From Planctomycetota bacterium (lineage in GTDB: Bacteria; Planctomycetota; UBA8108; SXIK01), in the NCBI GenBank assembly GCA_965223265.1, contig OZ244999.1:6880001-6944000 (forward strand): a stretch of DNA of 64,000 bases, in the 5' to 3' direction. The notes under the pieces are model-generated. The model saw only the letters and a program-made list of their open reading frames with translations. It did not search any database and was not told where the DNA came from. This document shows, in pieces, positions 8,727 through 17,879 of the stretch (positions within the stretch are counted from its first letter, which is position 1; every line of letters begins with the position of its first letter). Made by a program: the position numbers and the translations under genes.

Positions 8727-9743
8727 ATGCAAGAACCTTCACCTTCCGACGATTCAGGCGTCTTCCAGAGTCAGCGCAACTGGGCGCCGTTCGCAACCTT
8801 CGATCCGAACGCGGGCACCGTCATCCGCATGCCGCCCGGAAGCGGAAGAGGCTACTGGGCGGGCGCGCCGAGTGTCAACCACGACGACGACAGCGGCGAC
8901 GTTTTTCTCGTCTACCGTCTGCGACGACCACGCGGCGTCGAGCCTGACCGGGGAGGCGTCGTGCGAATCGCGCGCAGTCGAGACGGTGTGCAGTTCGAAG
9001 ACGTGTGGGAGGGTCAAAAAGCGACCTTGGGCAGCTCAAGCATCGAGCGCTGCACGCTGCACCGCTTGCCCGACGGCGCCTGGGCTCTGTACGTCAGTTA
9101 CGTCGATCCAACCGACGGACGCTGGCGCATCGACGTCGCGAAAGCTTCGCGTCCGGACCAGTTCGACCTGACGAGCTGCGAAGCCGTCTTGACCGCGCGC
9201 GATCTCGGTGCAGAGGGAGTCAAGGACCCGTTTGTCTTTCGTTTCGGCGGCGTCCACCACATGATCGTCAGCTACGCCATCGCGTTGCGTGATGACGTCA
9301 CTGACGCGGACCTGCATGGCACACACGATGCCTACAACACGGGGTTGATCACGTCGTGTTCCGGTTTGGCTCTGAGTCACGACGGACTCGCGTGGCAATG
9401 GCAAGGCCCCGTCCTCTCGCCACGACCTGGAGGCCCTGCACCATCATGGGACGCATACTGCACGCGAATCGCAACTCTGTGGCGGCAAGACGCCGTGTGG
9501 TTCGCTTTCTATGACGGCTCGGCGAGCGTGGACGAAAACTACGAAGAGCGATGCGGTCTGGCCTACAGCGCCGACCTGCGGTCGTTTCATCGTCTCACCA
9601 CGCGCGGCCCTCTGTTCGCACGCCATCACAACGAGGGTGCTCTGCGCTACTTCGATCTACTGCGATTGCGATCGGGAGACTACTACTACTACGAACAAGC
9701 GCGTTCCGACGGCAGCCACGACCTCCGCGTTCTCCGCCTCTAG
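8727..9743 (+). CDS. Putative five-bladed beta-propeller glycoside hydrolase-like protein
   Basis: WAGAPS, IARSRDGVQF, GVKDPFV, ALSHDGLAW and LAYSADLRSF blade-like repeats, typical of the GH32/43/130 clan fold. Confidence 0.6.
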   Translation: MQEPSPSDDSGVFQSQRNWAPFATFDPNAGTVIRMPPGSGRGYWAGAPSVNHDDDSGDVFLVYRLRRPRGVEPDRGGVVRIARSRDGVQFEDVWEGQKATLGSSSIERCTLHRLPDGAWALYVSYVDPTDGRWRIDVAKASRPDQFDLTSCEAVLTARDLGAEGVKDPFVFRFGGVHHMIVSYAIALRDDVTDADLHGTHDAYNTGLITSCSGLALSHDGLAWQWQGPVLSPRPGGPAPSWDAYCTRIATLWRQDAVWFAFYDGSASVDENYEERCGLAYSADLRSFHRLTTRGPLFARHHNEGALRYFDLLRLRSGDYYYYEQARSDGSHDLRVLRL

Positions 9744-9781
9744 CGACAGGCTCGCGCGCTCCAGATTTCATTGATCTTTCG

Positions 9782-9809
9782 TTGACATCGCCGCACTGTC
9801 AGGCAAGAT
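9782..9809 (+). promoter_or_regulatory. Candidate sigma70-type promoter
   Basis: Perfect TTGACA at 9782-9787, 16-nt spacer, weak -10 CAAGAT at 9804-9809. Confidence 0.35.
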
Positions 9810-9814
9810 CGTGG

Positions 9815-9959
9815 CGACGGCAGGGAGGAAGCGCTGGGCCCAAGGTTCCCGTCCGCGGGAACACGGAACGCGTGAGGAAGCCGCCTCACACCGGTCATGC
9901 GACACGGTCACGGCGTGCGGATCGAGTTCACGCGAGCTGTAGTTTTCCTGTCAGAGTCG
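9815..9959 (+). ncRNA. Candidate structured RNA / leader, family unassigned
   Basis: Closing stem CGAC-GGCAGGGAG with TTTCCTGTC-AGA-GTCG encloses hairpins GTTCCCG/CGGGAAC, GTGAGG/CCTCAC, CCG-GTC/GAC-A-CGG and GCGTG/CACGC. It starts just after the candidate promoter and ends at the downstream RBS. Confidence 0.35.
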
Positions 9960-9967
9960 GAGACAAC

Positions 9968-11701
9968 TTGGAACCGCCCGCGCTCAAAAGGACGTACCAG
10001 CGCCGATACCTGGGCGATTCGTTCGATCCAGGCGAAAGTGACGCACTTGCGCGCTGTTTTCGCGAACTCAAAGAACGCCCCATCGATGACCTTGCGGCAC
10101 TCGAGGCTTGGTGCCTGGATTGGAGCGAGCTTGTGGCGGCCTTCGGCGAAGGTCGAGCGCAAAGATACATCGACCACACCGTCGACACACGAAACCAAAG
10201 CAGCGATGCCCGCTATCGCGCCTGGATCGAGGACGTCGAGCCGGTTTTTCTCGACGGTTCCTTCGCGCTGGAGCAGCGGCTGACGAAACACTCGTTCTGC
10301 GGTCAGCTGCCGCGGGAGTTCGGCATGTTCCTTCGCCGCGTGCGAAACGACGTCGACCTTTATCGCGCAGAAAACGTCCCGCTCCTCATTGAGGAGCGCA
10401 AGCTCAAAGCCGAGTACAACAAGATTGCCGGCAGCATTCTGGTCGTTTTCGACGGCGTCGAGTACACAGCCCCGCAGATGGGATGCTTTTTGGAATCCCC
10501 AGACCGCGCCGTCCGCGAGCGAGCATATCGTGGGCTGAGCGATCAGCGCCTCGAAGTACGCGAGCGCATCGAGTCCCTCTTCGATCGACAGCTAGAATTA
10601 CGACATCGAATCGCTCGCAACGCGGGATTCGATAACTTTCGAAGCTATCGCTGGCGAGAACTCGAACGATTCGACTACACACCGCAACATTGCGCGAAAT
10701 TCCATGCCGCGGTGAAAAAAATCGTCGTACCGATCGTGCGGTCCGAGGATGAACGACGTCAGCAGCTCCTCGAGCTCGAGACCCTACGACCATGGGACCT
10801 TGCCGTGGATCCCGACGGCAATGATCCGCTGCGGCCTTTCACCGAATCAACCGACCTCGTCGCCGGCTGCAAGGAGATGTTTCGTCGTGTCGACGCGAGA
10901 TTCGCAGCTTATTTCGACGATATGATCGACCGCGATCTTCTCGACCTCGACTCACGCGACGGCAAGGCTCCGGGAGGCTATCAGTACACTCTCATGGAGC
11001 AGCGTGTCCCGTTCGTATTCATGAACGCGAGCGGCCTGCAGCGCGACGTGAAAACAATGCTGCACGAAGGTGGACACGCGTTCCACGCCTATGAATGTCG
11101 CGATTTGCGCCTGACGAGCTACCGATCAGCGCCGACTGAGTTTTCAGAGGTGGCGAGTATGGCGATGGAGCTGATAGCCGGCGAGCATCTCGACGTGTTC
11201 TACGACCGACCCGAAGACGCGCGGCGAGCCCGTCTCCGACATTTAGAGGGTGTGGTACGACAACTCGCATGGATTGCGACCATCGATGAGTTTCAACACT
11301 GGGTCTACACGAACCCCGGACACGGGCGCGCGGAACGAGAGAGCGCCTGGTTGACGACGCTCGATGGCTACAAATCCGGCGTCGTCGATCATTCCGGCTG
11401 CGAGGCGTACCGCAGGAGCAGCTGGACTGCACAGTCGCACGTCCTGCGCTCGCCGTTTTACTATATCGAATACGCGATCGCACAGCTCGGTGCGCTGCAG
11501 GTTTGGCGAAACTATCGATCCGATCCTGAGGGTGCACTCGAAAAGTATCGCCGATCTCTCGCCCTCGGCGGCTCATGCCCACTCCCCGAGCTTTTCGAGA
11601 CGGCCGGCGCGCAACTCGAGTTTTCAGAGTCCATGGTCGCCGAGATGCTCGGGCTGGTGGCCGCCGAGGTCACACGTCTGCGCGGCGAGCGCACCGCGTG
11701 A
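9968..11701 (+). CDS. M3 family oligoendopeptidase (PepF-like)
   Basis: MLHEGGHAFH zinc motif; EFSEVASMAME, GKAPGGY and PFYYIEYAIAQLGALQVW motifs. TTG start after GGAGA; the upstream ORF extension looks non-coding. Confidence 0.9.
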   Translation: MEPPALKRTYQRRYLGDSFDPGESDALARCFRELKERPIDDLAALEAWCLDWSELVAAFGEGRAQRYIDHTVDTRNQSSDARYRAWIEDVEPVFLDGSFALEQRLTKHSFCGQLPREFGMFLRRVRNDVDLYRAENVPLLIEERKLKAEYNKIAGSILVVFDGVEYTAPQMGCFLESPDRAVRERAYRGLSDQRLEVRERIESLFDRQLELRHRIARNAGFDNFRSYRWRELERFDYTPQHCAKFHAAVKKIVVPIVRSEDERRQQLLELETLRPWDLAVDPDGNDPLRPFTESTDLVAGCKEMFRRVDARFAAYFDDMIDRDLLDLDSRDGKAPGGYQYTLMEQRVPFVFMNASGLQRDVKTMLHEGGHAFHAYECRDLRLTSYRSAPTEFSEVASMAMELIAGEHLDVFYDRPEDARRARLRHLEGVVRQLAWIATIDEFQHWVYTNPGHGRAERESAWLTTLDGYKSGVVDHSGCEAYRRSSWTAQSHVLRSPFYYIEYAIAQLGALQVWRNYRSDPEGALEKYRRSLALGGSCPLPELFETAGAQLEFSESMVAEMLGLVAAEVTRLRGERTA

Positions 11702-11858
11702 GGCGGCATTCAGCGACGACTGCGCGTGGGCTCGGGCAAGCCTGCCTCCTGCGGTCCAGCCGGAACGATGGGGGAATCGGGCGACGCACCGAAAGGGCGC
11801 TGCCGCCACACGACTCCCGGACGGCCGGGGTTACCGGGCGACGTAACTTCGCATTGGC

Positions 11859-11888
11859 TTGCGCCCGCGGCGCCGCGAGGCGTACAAT
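11859..11888 (+). promoter_or_regulatory. Candidate sigma70-type promoter for the DUF1501 gene
   Basis: TTGCGC-18 nt-TACAAT, ending 45 nt upstream of ATG 11934. Confidence 0.4.
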
Positions 11889-11933
11889 GCAGCGCGTGTC
11901 GAACGTCGACGCCATTTCGCGCGGGGAATCACT

Positions 11934-13304
11934 ATGAGTGCGTCCATCAATCCCGCTCGCCGCTGTCCGGGCACCCTGTCGCGGCGCTCTTTCGTCCGCT
12001 CCGGTGCGGCCGGCTTCGGCGCGCTCACGCTCGCGAATCTGTTGCGACTCGAGGAGCTCGCTGCCGCGCGCGGGTTGCCACTACCGAGCGAGAAGTCGAT
12101 GATCGTCCTATGGCTCTGGGGCGGCCCGAGCCACATGGACACGTTCGACCTGAAGCCGCACGCCCCGAGCGAGTATCGCGGCGAGTTTCGACCCGTGCGC
12201 ACGAACGTCACCGGCATCGAGATCTGCGAGCACCTGCCGCGGCTCGCGCAACTGGCAGATAAATACGTGATCGTGCGGTCGTGTCACCACAACAGCCCGG
12301 GTCACGTCAACAGCACGCACAGCGTCATGACCGGGTATCCCGGCGAGCTCGTCGAGACGCCGCCCTACCGGCCGAAGTACCCGGATTTTTGGGCGGTGAC
12401 GAAAAAGGTTCTCGGCGAACGCGAGAGTGGATTGCCAGCGCACGTTGCGCTGCCGCGCACGCGCTACGAAGGCGCCGCGTATCTTGGGGCTGGCCTCGAC
12501 TCGTTCGTGGTGTCGGCAGACCCCAACGCGGCCGGCTTTCACGTCCCGAATCTCGCGGTTGAAAAGCGCGCTGCGGGACGCGTCAACCGGCGCCTCGATC
12601 TGCTCAAAGAGGTTGATAGCCTGCGCCGCGACCTCGACGCGTCGAATGTCATGGAGTCGATGGATCGTTTCAATCGCCAGGCAGTCTCCATCCTCACGAG
12701 CGACCGTGCAAGAGAGGCGTTCGCCATCGAGAGTGAAGATCCGAAGGTCCGTGATCGCTACGGGCGCCACGCCGTCGGCCAGCGCTGCTTGTTGGCACGA
12801 CGCCTGGTGGAGAACGGCGCACGCCTCGTGACGATCGATTTTCCGTGTGTGCCGGGCCAGAAGGCATTCAGTTGGGACGACCATGCGAGCGTCTGGAACA
12901 TCTTCGAACAAATGAAGATCCGCTTGCCCGTGCTCGATCAAGTGGTCTCGGCGTTGATCGAGGACATCTACGCGCGCGGCATGGAGAATGACGTCCTGTT
13001 CGTCGTCATGGGCGAGATGTCCCACACTCCAAAGCTGAGCAACTTCAAAGGCCAGCCAGGACGCGAGCACTGGGGCCGCTCAATGTCCCTTCTCATGTCA
13101 GGCGGCGGCCTCCGCATGGGGCAAACGATCGGCTCAACGACGCTCAAGGGAGACGAACCCAAGGATCGACCGTTGGTGCCAGGCGACCTGCTGGCGACCT
13201 GGTACAAGTATCTCGGCGTGCCGCTGGAGCTCAACTTCAACGACTTCAGCGACCGGCCGATTCCGATCCTGCCTGAAGGTGAACCGATCGGCGAGCTTTT
13301 CTGA
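11934..13304 (+). CDS. DUF1501 domain protein (Tat-type signal)
   Basis: LSRRSFV; WLWGGPSHMDTFDLKP, CLLARRLVENG, WDDH, MGEMSHTP and GREHW motifs. Confidence 0.9.
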   Translation: MSASINPARRCPGTLSRRSFVRSGAAGFGALTLANLLRLEELAAARGLPLPSEKSMIVLWLWGGPSHMDTFDLKPHAPSEYRGEFRPVRTNVTGIEICEHLPRLAQLADKYVIVRSCHHNSPGHVNSTHSVMTGYPGELVETPPYRPKYPDFWAVTKKVLGERESGLPAHVALPRTRYEGAAYLGAGLDSFVVSADPNAAGFHVPNLAVEKRAAGRVNRRLDLLKEVDSLRRDLDASNVMESMDRFNRQAVSILTSDRAREAFAIESEDPKVRDRYGRHAVGQRCLLARRLVENGARLVTIDFPCVPGQKAFSWDDHASVWNIFEQMKIRLPVLDQVVSALIEDIYARGMENDVLFVVMGEMSHTPKLSNFKGQPGREHWGRSMSLLMSGGGLRMGQTIGSTTLKGDEPKDRPLVPGDLLATWYKYLGVPLELNFNDFSDRPIPILPEGEPIGELF

Positions 13305-13518
13305 TCGCGTCGCGACCAGCTGAGCTGGCGCTGATCGCGCTGATCGCCCGATCCCTGGCAGTCGCGAAACAAAGAAGCGTGACCGCCCCAACGTGGATCC
13401 GTCGTCGCACGCGCTGGCTCCGTGGTTGCTCCGCATCGACGCCGACAAGATAATGCGCTGTCGACAAAAAGCAGCGTAAGCGCTTCTATGGACGAGCTCA
13501 CTGAGGAGAGAACGAGAC

Positions 13519-14805
13519 ATGAGACGATCGACGGCGTCGTTACTTTTCCTACTATGGACCTTCCAAGCCCACGCCGATACGTGGCCTGGTTTTCGAGGCG
13601 CAAGCGGCAGCGGCGTCTCGCGTGAACGCGGCCTTCCGACCAGCTGGTCTGAGAGCAGCGGAATGGCGTGGACAACGACGCTCCCGGGCCGCGGGAATTC
13701 CTCGCCGGCGGTCAGCGACGTGCGCGTCTTCGTTACGGCCCATGACAAGGATCTGTCGCTCCGAGTCATCGCCCTCGACAAGCGAAGCGGCGATATCCTG
13801 TGGCAGGAGACGTTCGGCCATGGCGAACTCGCGGCGAACGGGGAGCGCGAGCTCTACGTCCACCGGCACAACGCGGCAACGCCGTCACCGGTGGTCGACG
13901 AGCGCCATGTCTGGGCCTACTTCGGCACCGGCCGCCTGGTCTGCCTCGAGGCTTCCAGCGGCAAACTCAAGTGGAAACGAGACCTCAACAAAGACTACGG
14001 CGACTATTCGATTCGCTTCGGCATGGCGTCGTCGCCGCGTCTGTGGGGCGATAGACTCTTTTTTTGTTGTATCCACAAAGGCGCTTCGTACGTCCTCGCG
14101 CTGGACAAGCACTCTGGTGAGAAGGTCTGGATGACCCCAAGAGACTACCCAGCAGAAGACGACGGGCAGGACGGCTACTCCACGCCGGCGATTCTCGAGG
14201 CGGATGGTCGAGCTGCGTTGGTCGTCTCAGGCGCCGATCACGTCGACGCCTATGAGATCGTGACGGGAAGGCGTCTCTGGTTCAGCAGCGGCCTGAAGAT
14301 CAAGTCGAAATATGGCCGCATTCTGGCGTCGCCTGCCATCGGTGACGGTGTCGTCGTCGCGTGCTCGGGCAATCCCATGGGAGGCGTTGGGCGAGCCATC
14401 GCGCTACGGAGCGGCGGTAGCGGTGACGTGACTCAGAAGCATCGTCTGTGGAAGTATGGCCCGCACAGCTCCGACGCGCCGACGCCGGTCTGCTACCGCG
14501 GTCGTGTCTACATGGTGCGCGACGACGGGGTCGGCTCTTGCCTCGATCTACAAAGCGGCGAGCTCATATGGCGCGAACGCATTGCCAAAGGACCGTTTCG
14601 CGCCTCGCCAGTCGCTGGCGATGGGAAAGTGTACTTCCTCAACCGCGACGGCCTATGCGTCGTAGTCAAGGAGGGCGACACTCACAACGTCGTCGCGACC
14701 AACGAGCTCGAGGGAACGTTCTTCGCCGCCCCTGCGATCAGCGATGGGATGATCTTCCTCCGCGGCCACCACCGTCTGATCGCGATCGGCAAGAGCGCGC
14801 GTTAG
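13519..14805 (+). CDS. PQQ-binding-like (BamB-like) beta-propeller protein, exported
   Basis: Signal peptide then WPGFRG; repeated SSP/ATPSP...ALDxxSGxxxW blades; RBS GAGGAG. Confidence 0.9.
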   Translation: MRRSTASLLFLLWTFQAHADTWPGFRGASGSGVSRERGLPTSWSESSGMAWTTTLPGRGNSSPAVSDVRVFVTAHDKDLSLRVIALDKRSGDILWQETFGHGELAANGERELYVHRHNAATPSPVVDERHVWAYFGTGRLVCLEASSGKLKWKRDLNKDYGDYSIRFGMASSPRLWGDRLFFCCIHKGASYVLALDKHSGEKVWMTPRDYPAEDDGQDGYSTPAILEADGRAALVVSGADHVDAYEIVTGRRLWFSSGLKIKSKYGRILASPAIGDGVVVACSGNPMGGVGRAIALRSGGSGDVTQKHRLWKYGPHSSDAPTPVCYRGRVYMVRDDGVGSCLDLQSGELIWRERIAKGPFRASPVAGDGKVYFLNRDGLCVVVKEGDTHNVVATNELEGTFFAAPAISDGMIFLRGHHRLIAIGKSAR

Positions 14806-14850
14806 CGCACGTCGTCGCAGAGTCGAGCTGATCACATTGGGAGACTATCA

Positions 14851-16266
14851 ATGCGTCATTGGAACAAATGGGTCCTTCTTGCGTTGGTCTTGGTCGCGCC
14901 ACTGGCGGCTGTGAAGCTCTACTCCTATGCCACACGACTGCCGAACGAGATCGTCGTCGCCTCCGGGACTCCAGGGGGTCGCTATCACGCCCTGGCTTCG
15001 GCGCTCGCGTCGGCGGTCGAATCCGGCTGCGGTATGCGTGTCCGCATCCTCGAAAGCTCCGGATCGATCGAGAACGTCGGTTTCCTCCGTGACGGTGAGG
15101 CTGCATTCGGCTTCTATCAAGCGACGCTCGCCGACTCCTCGGATCAGTCAGCAGATAAGCCGACGGCAGAGGACTCGAGCCAAAGTGAACCTCTCACCCT
15201 TCTGGGTCGACTCTATTCAGAGTACGTCTTTCTGGTGGTGAGCAGCGGCGCCCGAATCGGAAGCGCCGCGGACCTGCGCGGTCAACGCATCAACGTCGGG
15301 GTTGAAGGGTCAGGCAACCAGGTGCTGACGCGGGCTATTCTCGATCATTATGAGTTGACGGAGAACACGTTCGTCTCCGTACACGAGCCCTACGACAGAC
15401 TCGTTCCTGCGTTTCGAGCCGGTGAGCTCGACGCCGCCTTCATCGTCTCGGGAGCCGGCGCCGACGTCGTTGAAGAACTGCTGAAATCCGGAGAGTGTGA
15501 GCTCCGCGAACTCGACCACATCGACGCACTCGTGGCAGAGCATCCCGAGCTATCACGCGCGGTCATTCCATCTGCCACCTATGGTTACCATCCGGAACCC
15601 CTGCCGCCGGATGCGATCCAGACGATTGCCGTCCCGGCTCAACTGATCTGCCGCGGCGACATTCCCGATCGAGTCGTCGAGGAAGTCGTGAAGCTTCTCG
15701 TCGACAAGGAATTCTTGCAAGAGAACGGCCTCACGGAACTGCGACGCGGCGGCGTCGACTTCGCGCGCGCTGGAACATCGTTCCCTTTGCATCGTGCAGC
15801 CGAGCACGTCTACGACCCGTCTTTGAAACCACTCGTCGACGCCGACTTCATGGAAGCCACCGAGGGGCTGCGTTCTTTCATTGTTTCGATCGCTATCGCC
15901 GGGTTTCTTCTGTTTCGATGGTTTGTTCGCTACCGCGCCAGGAAGAAGGACCACGAGCTCGATCGATACATCCGTGACCTCCTCGAAATCGAGCGCAAGC
16001 AGGTCGATCTCGACACACAGCTCACTGACGAGCAGCTCAAGGAACTGGAGGCACTACTCGATCGTGTCACCTTCCTACGACAAGACGCGCTCAAAGAGTT
16101 CTCCGCGCACCAACTGAACGAAGATCGTGGGGTCGACGTCTTCCTTGAGATGTGCCACGCCCTCACCGACAAAATGAGCGGCAAACTTCTCCGCTCCGGC
16201 GTCGAACGGCTGCGCGCAGAGCTCGTGCAGGGTCGATCGTCGGGCAGCGAGTTCCCCGGCGCGTGA
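14851..16266 (+). CDS. TAXI-family TRAP solute-binding protein with extra C-terminal TM helix and helical tail
   Basis: VASGTPGGRYH, SSGSIENV, LYSEYVFLV, DLRGQRINVGVEGSG and FPLHRAAEHVY motifs; then hydrophobic FIVSIAIAGFLLFRWF and about 110 charged residues. Confidence 0.85.
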   Translation: MRHWNKWVLLALVLVAPLAAVKLYSYATRLPNEIVVASGTPGGRYHALASALASAVESGCGMRVRILESSGSIENVGFLRDGEAAFGFYQATLADSSDQSADKPTAEDSSQSEPLTLLGRLYSEYVFLVVSSGARIGSAADLRGQRINVGVEGSGNQVLTRAILDHYELTENTFVSVHEPYDRLVPAFRAGELDAAFIVSGAGADVVEELLKSGECELRELDHIDALVAEHPELSRAVIPSATYGYHPEPLPPDAIQTIAVPAQLICRGDIPDRVVEEVVKLLVDKEFLQENGLTELRRGGVDFARAGTSFPLHRAAEHVYDPSLKPLVDADFMEATEGLRSFIVSIAIAGFLLFRWFVRYRARKKDHELDRYIRDLLEIERKQVDLDTQLTDEQLKELEALLDRVTFLRQDALKEFSAHQLNEDRGVDVFLEMCHALTDKMSGKLLRSGVERLRAELVQGRSSGSEFPGA

Positions 16267-16288
16267 GTGGACCCAGAGTCAGGCCGAC

Positions 16289-16336
16289 AAAAAAAGCCTG
16301 GCCCTCGATCGCAGGCGATGAGGGGCCAGGCTTTTT
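16289..16336. terminator. Bidirectional intrinsic terminator
   Basis: A7-GCCTGGCCC...GGGCCAGGC-T5 between convergent genes. Confidence 0.85.
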
Positions 16337-16368
16337 AACGAACGTCAGGATGCAGGCTCAAATCGGAA

Positions 16369-17517
16369 TTAGAGACCGCTGACGACGACCATCTCCATTT
16401 CACAGAAAAGGGTGTCCGGCGTCGGATCGAATCCTGGCGCCTCTGTCGGGGCTGGGATTTCGCCCGTACCCGTGAAGAGGTAGCCGAGGGTGTTGATCGG
16501 ATCCGAGATGTCGAACGTACCGTCGTCATTCGAATCGTTGGCATCGAGACAGTAGGGCTGTTCTCCGCTACCGACGAAGAGGAGTCCGAGCGAGCTAATC
16601 GCGTCGGCAATGTCCACGAAGCCATCGGCGTTCGCGTCGCCGCGCAGGAAAGACGCATCGTGGAGACCGTCGACGAAGAAACGCTCGTCTTCTTCCATGA
16701 AGGCTCCGCCACCGCCGTCGGTGCCGTCGCCACCATCGGTGCCGTCAGTTCCGTCGCCACCGTCAGGCTTGAGCTCGTTGCTGCCGTGCACTCTGAGGTC
16801 AGCGACCTCACCGGCCAGGACGACGTTGCCGTCGGCGTCGCTAACGCTCACGGAAGCGCCCACGAGATCAGCAACACTCTCGACGCCGAAGGGCAACGCG
16901 TCGTCGTTGCGGTTGTCGAGCCGCAGCTTGCCGTTGCCACCATCTGCTTCGTCGTCACCGCCGTCGTCGCCGTCGCTACCGTCGCCGCCATCGACACCAC
17001 CACCACCGCCATCGGTGCCATCGCCACCATCCGAACCATCGTCACCGTCACCGCCATCATCTCCGTCGTCGCCATCGTCCATCCCTGGAAGTAGCGTCGT
17101 GATGCTACCGATGGACTCGCTGGCATCGCCGAGCGTCATGGAGACGTCATACGTGGCGCCTGGTTCCAGATTGCGAACACAAACGACGATCGCACTGCGT
17201 ACGGGATTCTCCTTGAGCCAGAAGAAGCCGGCCGCATCCTCGTCCGCTCCACCTTCCGGCGGAGTCAAGTGATGGCGCGCGGTGATCGTGCTCTTGCCGC
17301 GCGGCACGTCATCGGGCTTGCCACCATCGTCCGGAGGCACGTCGTCGGGCTTGCCACCATCCGGCGGTTGCGGAACGTCATCTGGAGGACTCTCCGGAGG
17401 CACACCGTCAGGGGCACCCGGGGTGTCGCCGCCGTCATCGCCATCCTGCGCCATCAACTGCGGAACCGCACACACCAGCCCAAAACACAAAAGCAACGAA
17501 AGAAGTCGTTGGAGCAT
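16369..17517 (-). CDS. Secreted Asp/Gly/Pro-rich protein with C-terminal dockerin-like double Ca-binding domain
   Basis: Signal peptide MLQRLLSLLLCFGLV..LMA after a strong RBS; GGKPDDVP and DGGDGTDG repeats; FLRGDANADGFVDIADA...DSNDDGTFDISDP. Confidence 0.8.
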   Translation of the reverse strand: MLQRLLSLLLCFGLVCAVPQLMAQDGDDGGDTPGAPDGVPPESPPDDVPQPPDGGKPDDVPPDDGGKPDDVPRGKSTITARHHLTPPEGGADEDAAGFFWLKENPVRSAIVVCVRNLEPGATYDVSMTLGDASESIGSITTLLPGMDDGDDGDDGGDGDDGSDGGDGTDGGGGGVDGGDGSDGDDGGDDEADGGNGKLRLDNRNDDALPFGVESVADLVGASVSVSDADGNVVLAGEVADLRVHGSNELKPDGGDGTDGTDGGDGTDGGGGAFMEEDERFFVDGLHDASFLRGDANADGFVDIADAISSLGLLFVGSGEQPYCLDANDSNDDGTFDISDPINTLGYLFTGTGEIPAPTEAPGFDPTPDTLFCEMEMVVVSGL

Positions 17518-17879
17518 GGTTCCTTCCTTCTCCCAAAACAGTGACAGATCGAAACAACCCTTGCGTGATCCGCTCCCCAGACCGAAGCGTCTCTCACACG
17601 CATCGAGTTTAGACTCCGCTACACCCTCGCGGAAGGTCACAGCGAGGAGTGCAAGACTTTTTCTACGTAAAGCCGCCCGACGCCTCCGTGAAAGATTCTT
17701 TCACACCCCCCAGAGCGCACCACTGCGCACGAACGCAGCTCACCATGAACCCTTGATTTACGTCGGGTCTATTGCGATCAAAAGCGCTTTAAGTCATTGA
17801 TCCTGCGAGCGCTGCGAGCGAAGATCTTAGCCTCCTCGAACAAGCTCCGAACCCTGAGAGAGACAAAAGGACGACGCAG

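Noticed and set aside
9551-9967. 139-aa N-terminal extension of the M3 peptidase in the ORF track
   Set aside because: It overlaps the upstream gene, has Arg/Pro/Ser-rich non-coding composition, and a good RBS precedes TTG 9968.
11733-11840. c-di-GMP-I riboswitch or SRP RNA (GGCAAG..GAAA..GGGGTTACCG)
   Set aside because: The motif order GGCAAA-stem-GAAA-GACGCAAAG is not satisfied, and the SRP CAGG/AGCAG internal loop is absent.
13519-14805. True BamB or PQQ-dependent dehydrogenase (also 27335-28693)
   Set aside because: There is no lipobox or bam context and no dehydrogenase-specific motifs; both fit the expanded planctomycete propeller family.
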